A DNA stretch of 64,000 nt from Phaeosaccion multiseriatum (lineage: Eukaryota; Protista; Ochrophyta, other classes): assembly GCA_965112735.1 (NCBI GenBank), contig OZ218961.1, positions 496,001-560,000 on the forward strand, written 5' to 3'. The notes beneath the pieces are model-generated. The model made no database searches. It saw only the letters and a list, made by a program, of their open reading frames with translations, and was not told the origin of the DNA. Each line of letters opens with the position of its first letter. The stretch's first letter is position 1. Positions 25,501 to 37,924 of the stretch are shown in pieces. The translations under genes and the position numbers were made by a program.

Positions 25501-27351
25501 CATCCCCACCAAGGAGGAGGGCAGGGAGGGCATCCGGGGCAGCCGGGGGGGAGCTTCAATGGACAGGGACAGCCGCCACCCTTCATGCTGCCACCGCCCC
25601 ATGTGGTCCAGCAGGTGAGCGGGTTATGGGGGTGAGAGTGGGGGTGGGGTTGGCGTTCGGCACTCACTCACTCACTCACTCACTCACTCACTCACCCGCT
25701 CACTCCCCACTCACTCCCAACTCACTCCTCACTCACCTTTCACCCACCTTTCTGTATGTCTCCTTTTTCTTCTCCCCCACATCACATACCTCCCTCCCTC
25801 CCTCCCTCCCTGTCTCCCTCCCTCCCTCCCTCCCTCCCTCCCTGCCTCCCTCCCTCCATTCATCCCTCCCTGCCTGCCTCCCTCCCTGGCTCCCTCCCTC
25901 CCTGCCTCCCTCCCTCCCCTTCCCTCCCTCCCCCTTCCCCTCTATTTCAGATGCTGAAAGACGCTCTGAAGGAGATGCAGGACCTCAACCTCCTCCCCAA
26001 GGGCGAAGAAGCCAACGGCAGCAGCAGTTGGTCATACACAAGCAGCGCCAGTCCCGACACCAGCACCAGAGTCACAGATGGCAAGGGCAAGGGCAAGGGC
26101 AAGCATATGGGCAAGGCCAGCAAGAAGAGGGGCAGTAGCAGCGCTGAGGAGACAGAGGACGACAGCAGTGATGATTATGAGGAAGAGGAGGAGGAGGACG
26201 GGAGCGAGGACGAAGAGGACGGAGGGGAAAGCATCACGACTGGCGACGACGACGACGACGACGCCCGTACTACCTCCCCCTCAAGCAGTAGCAGCAAGAG
26301 CAGGAAGAGGAAGTCTGGGGGCTCACGGAAGAAAGGCAGCAGCAGCAGCAGCAGCGTGGATTCGAACGGGGGTGGTGAGGGTGATGGACAGTTTGGAGGC
26401 ATCCCTCCCAAGGCTCTGATGGACATGCTTGGAGAGGCCCTGCAGGATGAGGAAGTCAAGCGCTTATTGGACAATGTGGGTGCTGAGGTTTGGGTGGGGT
26501 GGTTTGGGTCGTTGATTGGGTCACTGGGGTGCTGGCCCATATGCGCGCCCGCCTGCCCATATGCCTGCCCTTGTGTGCGTGCGGGCTCTCCGGGCTCTCC
26601 CTTTTACCCCACTTGTCTCTCTTTCCCCTATCCTCTTATTAATCATGTCCGTATACCTGTATCGCCCATCTCGTACCCATACGCCTCTATCTGCCTCTCA
26701 GCTGGGACAGGACGGGCAGCAGCAGGGCTTCAGCATCATGTTCACCACGTCCGCGCCTCAAGCGGTAAGAGGAAGAGGGAAGAGGAAGAGGGTAGACGCT
26801 AGGGAGAGATAGAAGAGGAAGGAATGAAAGAAAGAGAGAACCATGGAGAGTACTCACTCACTCACTCACTCCCTCTGTCACCTACTCACTCACTCACTCC
26901 CTCTTTCACCTACTCACTCACTCACTCACTCACTCCCTCTGTCACCTACTCACTCACTCACTCACTCACTGTGTCCTCTCTCTCGCCAATTCACTCACTC
27001 ACTCAGTCACTCACTCATTCACTCAGTCACTTACTCATTCACTCACTCACTCATTGCTTTATCTGCTGTTTGTTGGTGGATTATCCTTGTCCTTCTCTTC
27101 TCCCTACACTCCTACTTATCTTATCTTGTCTTACTTATTGTCCCCCCTTCTCAGGACGGGAGCCCTTCTCCTCCGTTCCACCACTCCTTCCACCACAGCT
27201 TCAATGGAGACGACTCATCATCAAGCGGTAACGGACTCAGCGAAGACGGTGAGGATGATGAGCTTCGATGAGGGTTGCTGCTGTTGTTCTTAGTCATGAT
27301 ATATATGGTGGTGTTGTTGTATATATGGGGATGTTGTTGTTTTCCTTGCGG

Positions 27352-27386
<35 letters not shown>

Positions 27387-28691
27387 CAAGCCTTACTAAA
27401 AGAAAAAAGCTGAGTGCATTGATCTCTTTAACTGGGGAAGGGGGGATCAATGCTCTGAGGCCACCCCCTTAGCAGCTCGAGGGGCGGGCTTATGCAGTCA
27501 TGTTTGGCTGGATACGTATGTACACTTACGTACACTACTATAGACACCCTTCAATGCGTTACATGTATTTCAGTGCACGTGCCCTTATTCTGTCCTCCAC
27601 GCCCTCCTCTCTCTCCTCTCTCTCCTCTCTCTCTACTCTCACCCCTGCACTCTCTACCAACGAACACAAGCAGGAGACAGCAATGGGAGCAGCAGCAGCG
27701 GCACAAACAGCGGCACTTTGCAAGGATGGATCTCCAACATACGCAAGTCAATGAATAACAAGGATGGGGAAGGGGGAGGAGGAGGAGGAGGAGGAGGAGG
27801 AGAAGGAGGAGAAGGGGACTCCTCGGGAAGGAGTGGTAGCACCGGCAGCGAGGGTCAGTCCTCACAGGCTGGCAGGAGGGGCGGCAGTATTCGACCCCGG
27901 AATGTGACAGGAAGGCACCCTGCCCTTGGAGGAGGAGGCGGCGGCGGCGGAGGAGGAGGAGGAGGTGACTCTTCGGACCTTCCACCCTCGGGGAACGAGG
28001 CCCGTGCACTGCATAATTTGTTTGAGGACTTGGCGGTGAACCCTCCCAACGACGCGGTACTGCGGAAGCACTGGTGAGGGGAGGGGATGGCAATGGATGG
28101 CAGTGGATGGGTGGATGGGGAGGGGAGGAGGAGGGGGAGATTGGGAGACGGGAGGGGAGGGGAGGGGAGGGGATGAGAGAGCCAGGGAGGGGAGGGGAGG
28201 GAGTGGGAGGGGAGGAGAGAGTACTAGAGGAAGAGAGGCGAGAAGAGCATACAACATGCCTTGCATCTGAGTCTTCATGATACCATAGCAGTTCCCCTCT
28301 CCCCCTTGAACCCCTAATATGCCGTGCCCCGCCACTTTCTCCCATATGCCTCCACTCGCTCCCTCCCACATGCCTCTCTATACTCTCTCGCCCCCCATAC
28401 GCCTCTACCGCCCCTCCCCCCCAGGGACAAGTGGGTAGACGAGGACGTCGGGAGGCACAACGCCCGGCACAATAAGGAGCAGCTCACACACTACCTCAGG
28501 AGAAACGATCTCGTGAGTAGAGGGGGCGTTAGAGGCATACATACATACGGGGTGTTGGTTGGAGGCATATGGGGTATAAGAAGCATGTGGGGACGGGAGG
28601 TGCGCGGTGCCTGGGGACAAGGGACAGGGGAAAGGAAAGATTTTCGACACTTCTTTGCTGTCACTGTTGCTGCTGCTGTTCCTGCTGTGTC

Positions 28692-28737
<46 letters not shown>

Positions 28738-31700
28738 GGTGGTGGTGGTGGTTGTCTTACGAAAGGGTCTGGTCGTGTTCTCGCGTATGCGTTGCCTACC
28801 CCCCCCCCCCCCCCTCGCTACTTCCATCCTATCCTCCATCTAAACCTTCTACCCCTACCCCCTTTTCTCTCTCCTCCCCTCCCCTCCTCCCACCCCCCCC
28901 CCCCTCTCTCCTCTCCCCCTCCCCCTCCCCTCTCCCCCTCCCCTCTCCCTCTCCTCTCCCCTCCCCTCAGGTGTGCCCGGCCCTTAGCCAAATCTACCCT
29001 CTCCTCTCCAAGCACTGTCTCACTCACGCCGAGACAGGCAACGTGGTCCTCACAGCTCTCAAAGTAGAGGTCTCCAAGGGAGGTCAGGAGCAGGGTCAAG
29101 TTGGGGCCCCAACAGTGGACCCCTCGGGCAGGCTGGTCATCAGCAGAAGCAGCATGGAGACGGCCTTTGGGGTGGTGTGCAAGGCCTTTGTGGCTCGGCC
29201 CGGTCAGCCGCTGAGCAGGACAAAGGAGGAGGTAGCGGCTCTGGCACAGCATGACAGGTGAGAGAGAATGACCGGGTGTTACCCATCGTGGTTGGGTGCG
29301 TGTTAGTGTGTGTATGTGTATGTGTTTGTGTGTGTAACATATCCTTGGCGTCTTGGTGTATGAATGCGTGAGCGTGTCTTCTCTTTCTCTCTCTATATAT
29401 ATATGTATATTATATATATCGCCTCCCTCCCTCTCCCTCCCTCTCTGTCCCCCTCTCTCTCTCTCTGTAACACACACACGCTCCCTCTCCCTGTCCACCC
29501 CCCACCCCTTCAGACACGAGCAGGCCCTGGTGACGAACGTCATCGTGCCCAAGGACATTGGCGTAACGTATGACATGATCGGCGGCTTACAACAAGCCAA
29601 AGACCTCCTCCGTCAATGCATCACCTACCCCCTCAAGTTCCCTCATCTCTACTCGGAGGGTATCGCCAAGGAGGCGGTTAAAGGAGTGTTGCTCTTCGGC
29701 CCACCGGGGACGGTACGTAACGTTTGCGTACGACTGCCAACGCCGGGGGGGGGGGGGGGTGTGTGTCTCCTCTCTCTATCGTCTCTTCTCTTTGTCCTCT
29801 CTCTCCCCTCTCCTCTCCTCTCTCCTCTTCTCTCCTCTCTCGTCTCTCTCCTCTCTCTCTCTCCTCCCCTCTCTCCTATCCCCTCTCGTCTCTCTCTCCT
29901 CCCTATCCTCTCTCTCCTCTCTCCTGCCTACTATACCACCTCGTGGTCTCCTACATCCAACACTTACGACCCCACCCACGCCCCTTATCCCAAACACCCA
30001 CGGAACACTCACCTCAGGGCAAGACCATGCTTGCCAAAGCCGTGGCCACGGAGGGCGGAGCGACCTTCCTGACAGTGGACGCGAGCGTGATTGAGAACAA
30101 ATGGCTGGGAGAGAGCGAGAAGAACGCCCGAGCGGTAGGTGGTATGCTTTGCCAACTGTGGATCAACCGCTAAACTCGCTAAGCTAGGAACTAGTCAGCG
30201 CTGGTTAGCCATGTTTATAGATGGGTCTGCTCTTTGTCTCCCATCGTATCCTCTCCTCTGGTCTGCTCTGCTCCGATCTGTTGCTGCTTGCTTCTTGGTA
30301 TCACCAAGTACCCTCCGAGAGGCCCTCATTCTCTCTCTCACTTTCTCACACACACACACACTCTCTCTCTCTATTGTAATCGTCGATTCCCTCCCTCTCT
30401 TCCCTCCCTTCCCTCCCTCCTTCCCAACCCCCCCCTTTTATTACTATGACGCCATCAGGTGTTCACTCTTGCCCGTCGGCTTGCCCCGTGCGTCATCTTC
30501 CTGGACGAGGTGGACTCCGTGCTCTCATCAAGGGAGAAGTATGATGACACCACCCACGGAACACTCACCTCCGTCAAGACCACCATCATGCAGGTATATG
30601 GGTATACGGGCATAGAGGAATATGGGTGTATGGGCATCAAAAAGCATGTGTGTGTGAACTTCGGGCACTCCTCAGTTTCTTTCTCCCTCCCTCCCTCGCT
30701 CCCTCCCTCCCTCCCTCCCTCCCTCCCTCCCTCCCTCCCTCCCTCCCCTCTGTATCACCAACAGGAGTGGGACGGTCTCCGTACTACAGGTGACCGAGTG
30801 GTGGTAATCGGCAGCACCAACCGCCCCTTCGACCTCGACGAGGCAGTGCTGAGGAGACTCCCGAGGCGCATCATGGTGGACCTGCCGGACGCGGAAACCA
30901 GAGAGGAGATTCTGAAGGTACGTACGTAAGCTTAACCTCCTTACTTATGTATTGGTGAACACTTGCTAAAGGAGAAGACGTATTCTGTGAGGCTCCCTCG
31001 TTGGGGGGTGAGGCAGCTCCCTCTCTGTTCCCTTTCTCTCTCTCTCTCGTTCTCTCTCTTGTCTTCCCGAACACTTTTTTTTACCCTCCCTCCCTCCCTC
31101 CCTCCCTCCCTCCCTCTCTCCCTCTCTCCCTTCCTCCCCCCCTCCCTCCCTCTGTATCACCAACAGGTGAGCATGGCCAACAACCGTGTGGACCCCTCCG
31201 TGAACTTCACCACCATCGCTACAGACATGCTTGACGGTTTCACGGGCAGTGATATCAAGGAGGTGTGCAGGGAGGCCGTGGTGCGCATCGCACACGAGAA
31301 GGTGAGGAGCGAGGGAGGGAGAAGAGGGAGGGAGGGGGGGAGGGAGTGAAGGGAGGGAGGGAGGGAGGGAGGGAGGGAGAGGGAGGGAGGGAGGGATATT
31401 TGCGGGGTAGAGGAGAGAGGGAGGGATGGAGATGAACCAAGCTCTTGCTTGAGGCCCATAGAGGAGAGAGGGAGGGATGGAGATGAACCAAGCTCTTGCT
31501 TGAGGCCCATAGAGGAGAGAGGGAGCGATGGAGATGAAGCAAGCTCTTGCTTGAGGCCCATAGAGGAGAGAGGGAGCGATGGAGATGAAGCAAGCTCTTG
31601 ATTGAGGCCCATACTTGACTACTCGCTTGTCTCCTTGCTTGTGTGGACCTCTCTCAGGCTCGGGAGCTTGAGAGCAATGCCGACGCGGAGGCCGACTTGA

Positions 31701-32163
31701 CCGGCAGGCTGCGACCAGTCACCATGGAGGACTTCAAGGAGGCGGGCAAGCGACTGACGGCCAGCGTGGACGAAAAGGTGCGTCCCTGTGTGCCCTCCGC
31801 GGGGCAGGAGAGGAGAAGAGAGATTGGGATGGGGTAGGGTGTATATATATATATGTATACATATGTATATAATGAATGTATGTATGTATGTTTATGTATC
31901 ATTCATGGAATGGCGTATGTAGCTATGCAGAGGGGTAGAGATGAGGGTGGGGCTGGCACATTCACACATGTAGATGTGGGGGCGTCCGCTTTGCGAATCT
32001 ATGTTGTGTTCTGTGGAACCATTGATTAAGTGTCTGTGGAGCACTCTCTTGTCTACCTCTGTCTCTTCTCCCGCCCCTACTGTATTGCCGCCCTGCCCCC
32101 GCCTTACTGTCTTCTCTCTCTAAATCCCCCTTTCTCTCTCTCTATCCCTCGCTCTCGCTCTCG

Positions 32164-32199
<36 letters not shown>

Positions 32200-32344
32200 C
32201 GCTCCGGTTTCTGCCGTATCCCGTGGCCACCGCTTGAGACAGGGCCGCGAGCTTGCGAGGGTGTGGGACTGGAACGAGCAGTACGGAGAGATCAAAAAGA
32301 AGCGGGACGACCCCAGCAGGCACCACCTCTCCATGTACCTCTAA
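20349..32344 (+). CDS. Large multi-exon AAA+ ATPase, ATAD1/Msp1/spastin clade, with low-complexity N-terminal region
   Basis: VTYDMIGGL, Walker [11 protein letters not shown]|GKTMLAKA split by an intron, KWLGESEKN, Walker [43 protein letters not shown]-terminal WNEQYGE. 5' exon structure less certain. Confidence 0.85.
22187..22303. repeat. ~29-bp intronic tandem repeat (CACTCCGACAAAGGAAGTGGTTCCCGTCCA) x 4
   Basis: Directly visible. Confidence 0.9.
23635..23875. repeat. Degenerate ~25-27-bp intronic repeat (CTGACTAACCTGTCCYGACACCT..)
   Basis: About eight diverged copies visible. Confidence 0.75.
31408..31612. repeat. 51-bp intronic tandem repeat x 4 (TAGAGGAGAGAGGGAGGGATGGAGATGAACCAAGCTCTTGCTTGAGGCCCA)
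   Basis: Directly visible. Confidence 0.9.
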
Positions 32345-33344
32345 CATGCACCTTTAGCGACGTGCGTGGGAGTGTCTGGCTGTGGCTGACACCAGGCACT
32401 GACTGACACCAGGCACCGCCAGTTGTGGGCTGGGCCATGCTTGGGACTCAGGACTCCGTGTCTACGCATTCTTCTACTTAGCTTAGCTGGAGAGCGTGCA
32501 TCCCTCGCGAAGGGTCGGGCAGAACGGCGTCGCTCGCTGGGGCGTTTTGAGGCAGGAGATGGTGTGGGCAGGGTTGGGTGTTGGACCCAACCCAAGGAGA
32601 GCTACTTGTTGTTGTCGAGGAGCATGGAGGCGTGTGGGGCTAATTTGCGAGGACCGATCCATCGCGTGAGGGGAAAGAAAGGAAAGATGATGCGGCATAC
32701 CTCTGCAGCATGCTCTGCTGCTTGCTGCTCTTCTTTTTGGAGGAGATGACGGGCGGAGATGAAGGAGCGGCGGCGAGTGACGACTGATATAAGCACGTGT
32801 GGGGAGGGGAGGGCATGGGAGGTCATGGGAGGGCATGGGACCTGGAGAGGAGGCGGAAGATAGGGACAGGGAGGGAGAAGGAGAAGGAGAAGGAGAAGGA
32901 GGGGGCTTCTCGTGTATGTACAAAGGCGTACGTAAGCGTACGTAATCGCGTGGGCGGTGCCGTGTGATGTACTGCGACAGAGGGAGAGGGGACATTCAGC
33001 AGGGAGAGGCATGTGGAAGGAGAGGACCGAGAGATGGGAGGGAGATGCTTGGTTTGATCCGAGAGAAGGCTGCTTTCGAGGGGAAGACGGGGTGGCTGGG
33101 TGTGCTGGAGTGCTGAAGAAGAGGATGAAGACAGTGAAGAACAAGAAGAAGAAGAAGAAGAAGGAGGAGGAGGAGGAGCAGCAGCAGTAGGAGCAGGAGG
33201 AGAAGAAGAGGGGCTTATCGCGTGTACGTATAAATGCGTGTTTCTGGCGGTGCGAGAGAATAATTAAAAATTAAATACTCCGTGCTCCTCCTCCTCCTCC
33301 TCCTCCTCCTCCTCCTCCTCCTCCTCCTCCTCCTCGCTACTCCT

Positions 33345-33520
33345 CCTCAATGAGTATCTTCGCCTTTAAGGCCGTCCGGCAAGTCAGTAAATAGTAGGGA
33401 GCTCGAATCCCTCCGGAAGAACGACTCGCTCCAGACCTGTAGGCAGATGCGGCAGGGGCTGCATGTACGCACGTCCTCCCCAGCTTCAGGTACCCAAGAG
33501 ACGCAGGCAGGGCCAATATA
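33345..33520 (-). pseudogene. Remnant of an FNIP-repeat gene C-terminus
   Basis: LALPASLGYLKLG, then a frameshift, then YMQPLPHLPTGLERVVLPEG; DNA aligns with the last repeat of the FNIP genes (CCAGACCTGxAGGCAGATG). Confidence 0.75.
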
Positions 33521-33706
33521 CCACCCCTCACCGCCCCTCGCAGCGAGCCAAACCCAGCCGGTCACCAAAGTACGATATCCGCTGACCCGCCATCATTGAC
33601 AGGAGACCCCGCAAAGCAGTCAGTGAGGCAGCCAAGGGCAGTGTCGCACTCTTTCCCGCCCGCCTCGTCTCCCTCTGTCCTCTCTCAGTGCCAACTCAAC
33701 CCCGTC

Positions 33707-34654
33707 TCAGTCCTGGCAGTTGCAGGGGTGTCCATTGGCGTGCACCCACTGCTTCATCTCCTCAAACCTTTCGGGTTCGATAACCCATTCCGCGCCCTGG
33801 CCACCATACTCTTCTTGATAAACACTGTCCCTGATGACCTGTGGGCACGACCTTTCGTCCCACTCGCACCGCACTTCCTCTGATCGGAGCCACTTCAGCA
33901 CAGCAAGGCTCTTACCCTGCACGACTGCATCCATGCAAACCTCCTCATTCCAGTCACAGAGGTGGCGAGCATTGGAGTGGAGGAACTGCAGTACCTCGAG
34001 GCGGCCACACCAAGCCGCATACGAAGGCCCATTGCGACAATTGCCGTCTTGATTCTCTTCCAGCAAGGCTCTCGAGGGAGGATGGTCGAGAAGCCATTCC
34101 ACGACGGGAACATGCCCACCTTCACATGCGCCGTGCCAGGATTCGGAGGAAAACTCTGCACGGGCCTCCTCCGACATGAGCCACTTGAGCATCTCCAAGT
34201 GTCCTGCCTTTGCAGCCCGGCCACACATATAGGAGCCGGTAGCGTACCATGGGCACTGCTCCTTGTCGGGAAGGTCCTCTGAGCGCAGCCACTTGAGTAC
34301 GCTCAGGCCATGCTCTCTGTTCTGCGCTGTTCCGTGACACACATTTCGATCCCAGGGACAGTCCTTGCCATGGAGGGCCTTGCATACCTCGACATCACCG
34401 TGCTCGGCAGCGGCCCTGAAGAGCTTGACACTCAGCTCGAGGCCCTGCCGACCTGTCGCCCAGTTCACGCACTCCAATGAGCTGACCACAGATGAGTAGG
34501 CTGTCTCCAATGCTGGATACAAAGTGGTGTAGTTTGTCTTCCACTCCTCACACACTTCAGCCACGAAGCAGAAGTGCCCCTTTCCAACGTGCTCCAAGAT
34601 AGCGCTGACCAGCTCGGGCTGTGCCAAGGCCTCGTGGCAAGCCTCAAATAGCAT
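33707..34654 (-). CDS. Intronless F-box-like/ankyrin-repeat protein ANK1 (315 aa, lacks the basic leader of its paralogs)
   Basis: ELVSAILEHVGKGHFCFVAEVCEEWK (F-box-like), repeated AA..GHLE.LKWL / CPW / CDW motifs typical of algal and giant-virus ankyrin proteins; ends GHPCNCQD*. Confidence 0.8.
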   Translation of the reverse strand: MLFEACHEALAQPELVSAILEHVGKGHFCFVAEVCEEWKTNYTTLYPALETAYSSVVSSLECVNWATGRQGLELSVKLFRAAAEHGDVEVCKALHGKDCPWDRNVCHGTAQNREHGLSVLKWLRSEDLPDKEQCPWYATGSYMCGRAAKAGHLEMLKWLMSEEARAEFSSESWHGACEGGHVPVVEWLLDHPPSRALLEENQDGNCRNGPSYAAWCGRLEVLQFLHSNARHLCDWNEEVCMDAVVQGKSLAVLKWLRSEEVRCEWDERSCPQVIRDSVYQEEYGGQGAEWVIEPERFEEMKQWVHANGHPCNCQD

Positions 34655-35620
34655 ACCGCCCCCTCCTTCATCTGAAGCAGTAGTAGCACTGGCACATCTG
34701 CCTGACTGTCTGTCAGCTCACGTTACTGTTACCTCCGGCTCCGAAGTTCTCCTTGAAGCCTCTTTGAGAGGAGGATGAGAGCTGCAGCACAGCACAGCAA
34801 GCACACCACAGCAGCTACTGCACTCTCCGTAGGCGTCACAGCGTCAAGTTGTCGCCTATGGTAGTCACGGTGAGGGTCAGAGCATAGCTGGATCGAAAGG
34901 AGGCTAACCCGGACGACGTCTGGACCAGCGACAACTGTGAAGGTGCTGAGCTTCGATCTCGGCTTCTGGTGGTACACACCCCTCGCTAACCGCTTCGTGT
35001 AGCAGTCCTTCCCGCAGAGGGATGTTCCCTTGTGCTTGGGGACTCCACGCTCGCAATGTGTGTGTTCACTAGAACGTAATCGCCACGTAATCGGTACGTA
35101 ATCGGATGTCAGATTGCGTGATGGTGGTTCTTTACTCCCTCTCTCCCGCCCTCTCTCTCACTCTCTCTCTGTCTTTGCCACCTCCTTGTTCTCTCCCTCT
35201 CCCTCCCTCTATCATTCCCTCTCTCCCTTCCTCTCACGCTCTCTCCGTTTCGTTTCTCCTCCCCTCGCCCTCCCGCACTCTCTCTCTCTCCTCCCTTCTC
35301 CCTCCCTCCGCCTCTCTCCACCTCTCTCTCTCCCGTCCCCCAAACACTATTCTCCCTGCGCTGCTCGTTTAGGTATGGCCCTTCTGTCTGCACTCCCTCA
35401 GAAACGTTCAAACGCGTGGAAAGAAAGAACACTGATATATATTACACTCTTAAGTGCCATCTATGTGGAAGAAAGAAAGAAGAGGAAGAGGAGGAAGAGG
35501 GGGGTTGGTGGTACACGAGCAAGGTGTGGGCATCTGTGACTCTTTGGTTTCATCGGTTTCTACCTCCTTCCTCCCCTCTCCACTGCCATCCTCCTCCTCC
35601 CCCCCCCATATGCCCCCAAC

Positions 35621-35827
35621 AGCGACTGGCACGTGCTGGTAGCGGACGATCTCTACCCCGACGTGGAGCTTGCTTGGGGCAGGGCCTTGAGCAGCGGGCT
35701 GGTGCGGGATACGCCCCCCCGGGAGGTGGAGGCCCTTATGCATGGGCACGATGTGCGCTTCGGAGGGGTCATGGACACCGCCCGGGTGGGGCTGGGTGTA
35801 TATGTACCCCGGGGGGTCGGGGTTTGA
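35621..35827 (+). other. Orphan terminal-exon-like coding fragment (DWHVLVADDLYPDVELAWGRALSSG...GVGV*)
   Basis: Preceded by a pyrimidine tract and CAG acceptor; protein-like composition; upstream exons not identified. Confidence 0.3.
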
Positions 35828-36433
35828 GTGTCAGCTTCCTTGAATAGACCTGTCTCAGTTTCATGTTTCACCCCATCCTGCTGCCGCTGTTTTGAGTTTC
35901 AGCTTCAGTTTCAGCTTCAGTTCTATGGAGCATACGTGGAGCTCTTCTTCAAGAGTGCTGCACCTGTAACGGCCCAAGCACAAGCAAGCAGCAGGCCGGT
36001 CTGGTACCTTTTTTTCTTCTTGTATGCTTATTTCTTAATATTACTCAATCACAACCCGTCTGCCAGAGGGAAGCGGACGGCGGGCAGTGAGGAACACCAA
36101 GGGGTCTGTGTCCACGGCAGCCCCTGACTCACTCAGTATGAAGCCACGCCGAGGCCACCCCACCGTGCTCGTCAATCGCTTCCAAAGCCTCCTACACACA
36201 CTTTCAGTTTCTTAGGTGATTCCTATCAAAAAAGCCTCCGGAAGGATATGCATGTCTTCAATCTCTTCCAAAGTTCCCTTCCCATGCGGCCGTGTGGCCG
36301 TGTGGACGTGTGGATGGGCATTTCCCGCATCTCAATCTCAATGCCATGAACGGAGGGGAGCAAGTCGAGGCTTCCATCTGCCCCCCCTGGGTGCATACCT
36401 CTCTCTCCCGATCTGTGCAAGCTTATTCTCTCC

Positions 36434-37507
36434 TCAGTCCTCGCAGTCGCAGGGGTGCCCATTGGCGTGCACCCACTTCTTGATGTCCTCAAAGGTTTTG
36501 GCGTCGATGTCCCATACCCCGCCCTCCCCTGCCCAATACACTCTGTCCCTGATGACTTGTGGGCACGACTGTTCGTCCCACGCACACTGCACGTCTTCCG
36601 ATCTGAGCCACTTGAGCACAGCAAGGTTCTTACCATACATGACTGCATACTTACAGACCCGAGCATCCCAATCACAAAGGTGGGGAGCATTGGCGTGGAG
36701 CAACTGCAGTACCTCGAGGCGGCCACGTAAAGCTGCATAACAAGCCCCATCGCGCCACTCGTCACAACCATTCCAGTCCAGCAAGGCTCTCGTGGGAGGA
36801 TGCTCGAGAAGCCATTCCACGACGGGAACATGTCCACCTTTACATGCGAGGTTCCAAGAGACGACATCAAAGTCTGCCCCACCGTCGTCCGACAGCAACC
36901 ACTTGAGCATATCTAAGCGCCCTTCAAGTGCAGCTCGGCAACACATACAGGAGCCGTCCCATGGGCACTGCTCCTTGTCGGGAAGGTCCTCTGAGCCCAG
37001 CCACTTGAGTACGCTCAGGCCATGCTCTCTGTTACGCACTGTTGCAGTACACACATACTCATCCCAGGGACAGTCCTTGCCGTGGAGGGCCTTGCATACC
37101 TCGACATCTCCGTGCTCGGCAGCGGCCTCGAAGAGCTCCTCAGTTAGCTCGAGGCCCTGCCGACTTGTCGCCCAGTTCAAGCACTCCACTGAGCTGACCA
37201 CAGACGAAAACGCTGTCTCCACTGCTGGATACAAAGCGGTGTAGCTGGCCTTCCACTCCTTGCTCACACCAGCCACGAAGCAGAGGTGCCCCTTTCCCAA
37301 GTGCGCCAAGATGGCACGAAGCAGCTCGAGATTTTCCAGGGCCTCGTGGCAAGCTTCAAAGAGCAGCCCATTCACTGAGGGCGTAGCACTGGCACCCCCA
37401 CATGCTGTTGTTGCCGGAGACCGTCTCAGCCTCCTTCCCTGTGCAGAGTCATGTGGCGCCTCCCCGTGCCCCAATGCCATTCTCCTCCGCTGCAGCCTCG
37501 TCTCCAT
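36434..37507 (-). CDS. Intronless F-box-like/ankyrin-repeat protein ANK2 (357 aa from METRLQRRR)
   Basis: Paralog; start chosen from the shared METRLQRRR leader; ends GHPCDCED*. Confidence 0.85.
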   Translation of the reverse strand: METRLQRRRMALGHGEAPHDSAQGRRLRRSPATTACGGASATPSVNGLLFEACHEALENLELLRAILAHLGKGHLCFVAGVSKEWKASYTALYPAVETAFSSVVSSVECLNWATSRQGLELTEELFEAAAEHGDVEVCKALHGKDCPWDEYVCTATVRNREHGLSVLKWLGSEDLPDKEQCPWDGSCMCCRAALEGRLDMLKWLLSDDGGADFDVVSWNLACKGGHVPVVEWLLEHPPTRALLDWNGCDEWRDGACYAALRGRLEVLQLLHANAPHLCDWDARVCKYAVMYGKNLAVLKWLRSEDVQCAWDEQSCPQVIRDRVYWAGEGGVWDIDAKTFEDIKKWVHANGHPCDCED

Positions 37508-37924
37508 TGTCTCGTCGATTTGGGTCTCGGGATAAATGCGAGTAAGTAAGCACCCTAGTAGGAGGAGAAGAAGGTGTTGAAGAAGGGGGGTGGAAGGAAA
37601 GGCGGAGCGGAGCAGCGAGACAGAGAGAGAGTGTGAGGGGCCGTGGAGGAGGGGCAGCAGCAGAGAGACCAGATGGCCAGCATGATTCACACATCTGTTG
37701 TAACTCCTCCCACTCCTCTTCCCCGCAGCTGCTTCCCCGCTTCCCCCGTCTTGCTCCCCCCTCAAGAACAAGGGGCGGGCTATCTCCGGTAGCAGGCACT
37801 TACCAGCGCCAGCAGAATCCTTTCTTTCTATCAGCCTCACCCCCTTCCTTATGCTTCCTACTTTATTCACGCGTGGGAGGTCTTGCGGCCCGTATGGAGC
37901 TCCGGATAGCCAGACCCACCATCT

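Noticed and set aside
8805-33275. TTAAAAATTAA at the left edge of both islands as an element terminus
   Set aside because: Low-complexity AT run, compatible with ordinary 3'-end signals; no TSD or matching right end found.
34729-35030. Short ORF upstream of ANK1
   Set aside because: No recognisable domain or reliable start; at most a decayed gene fragment.
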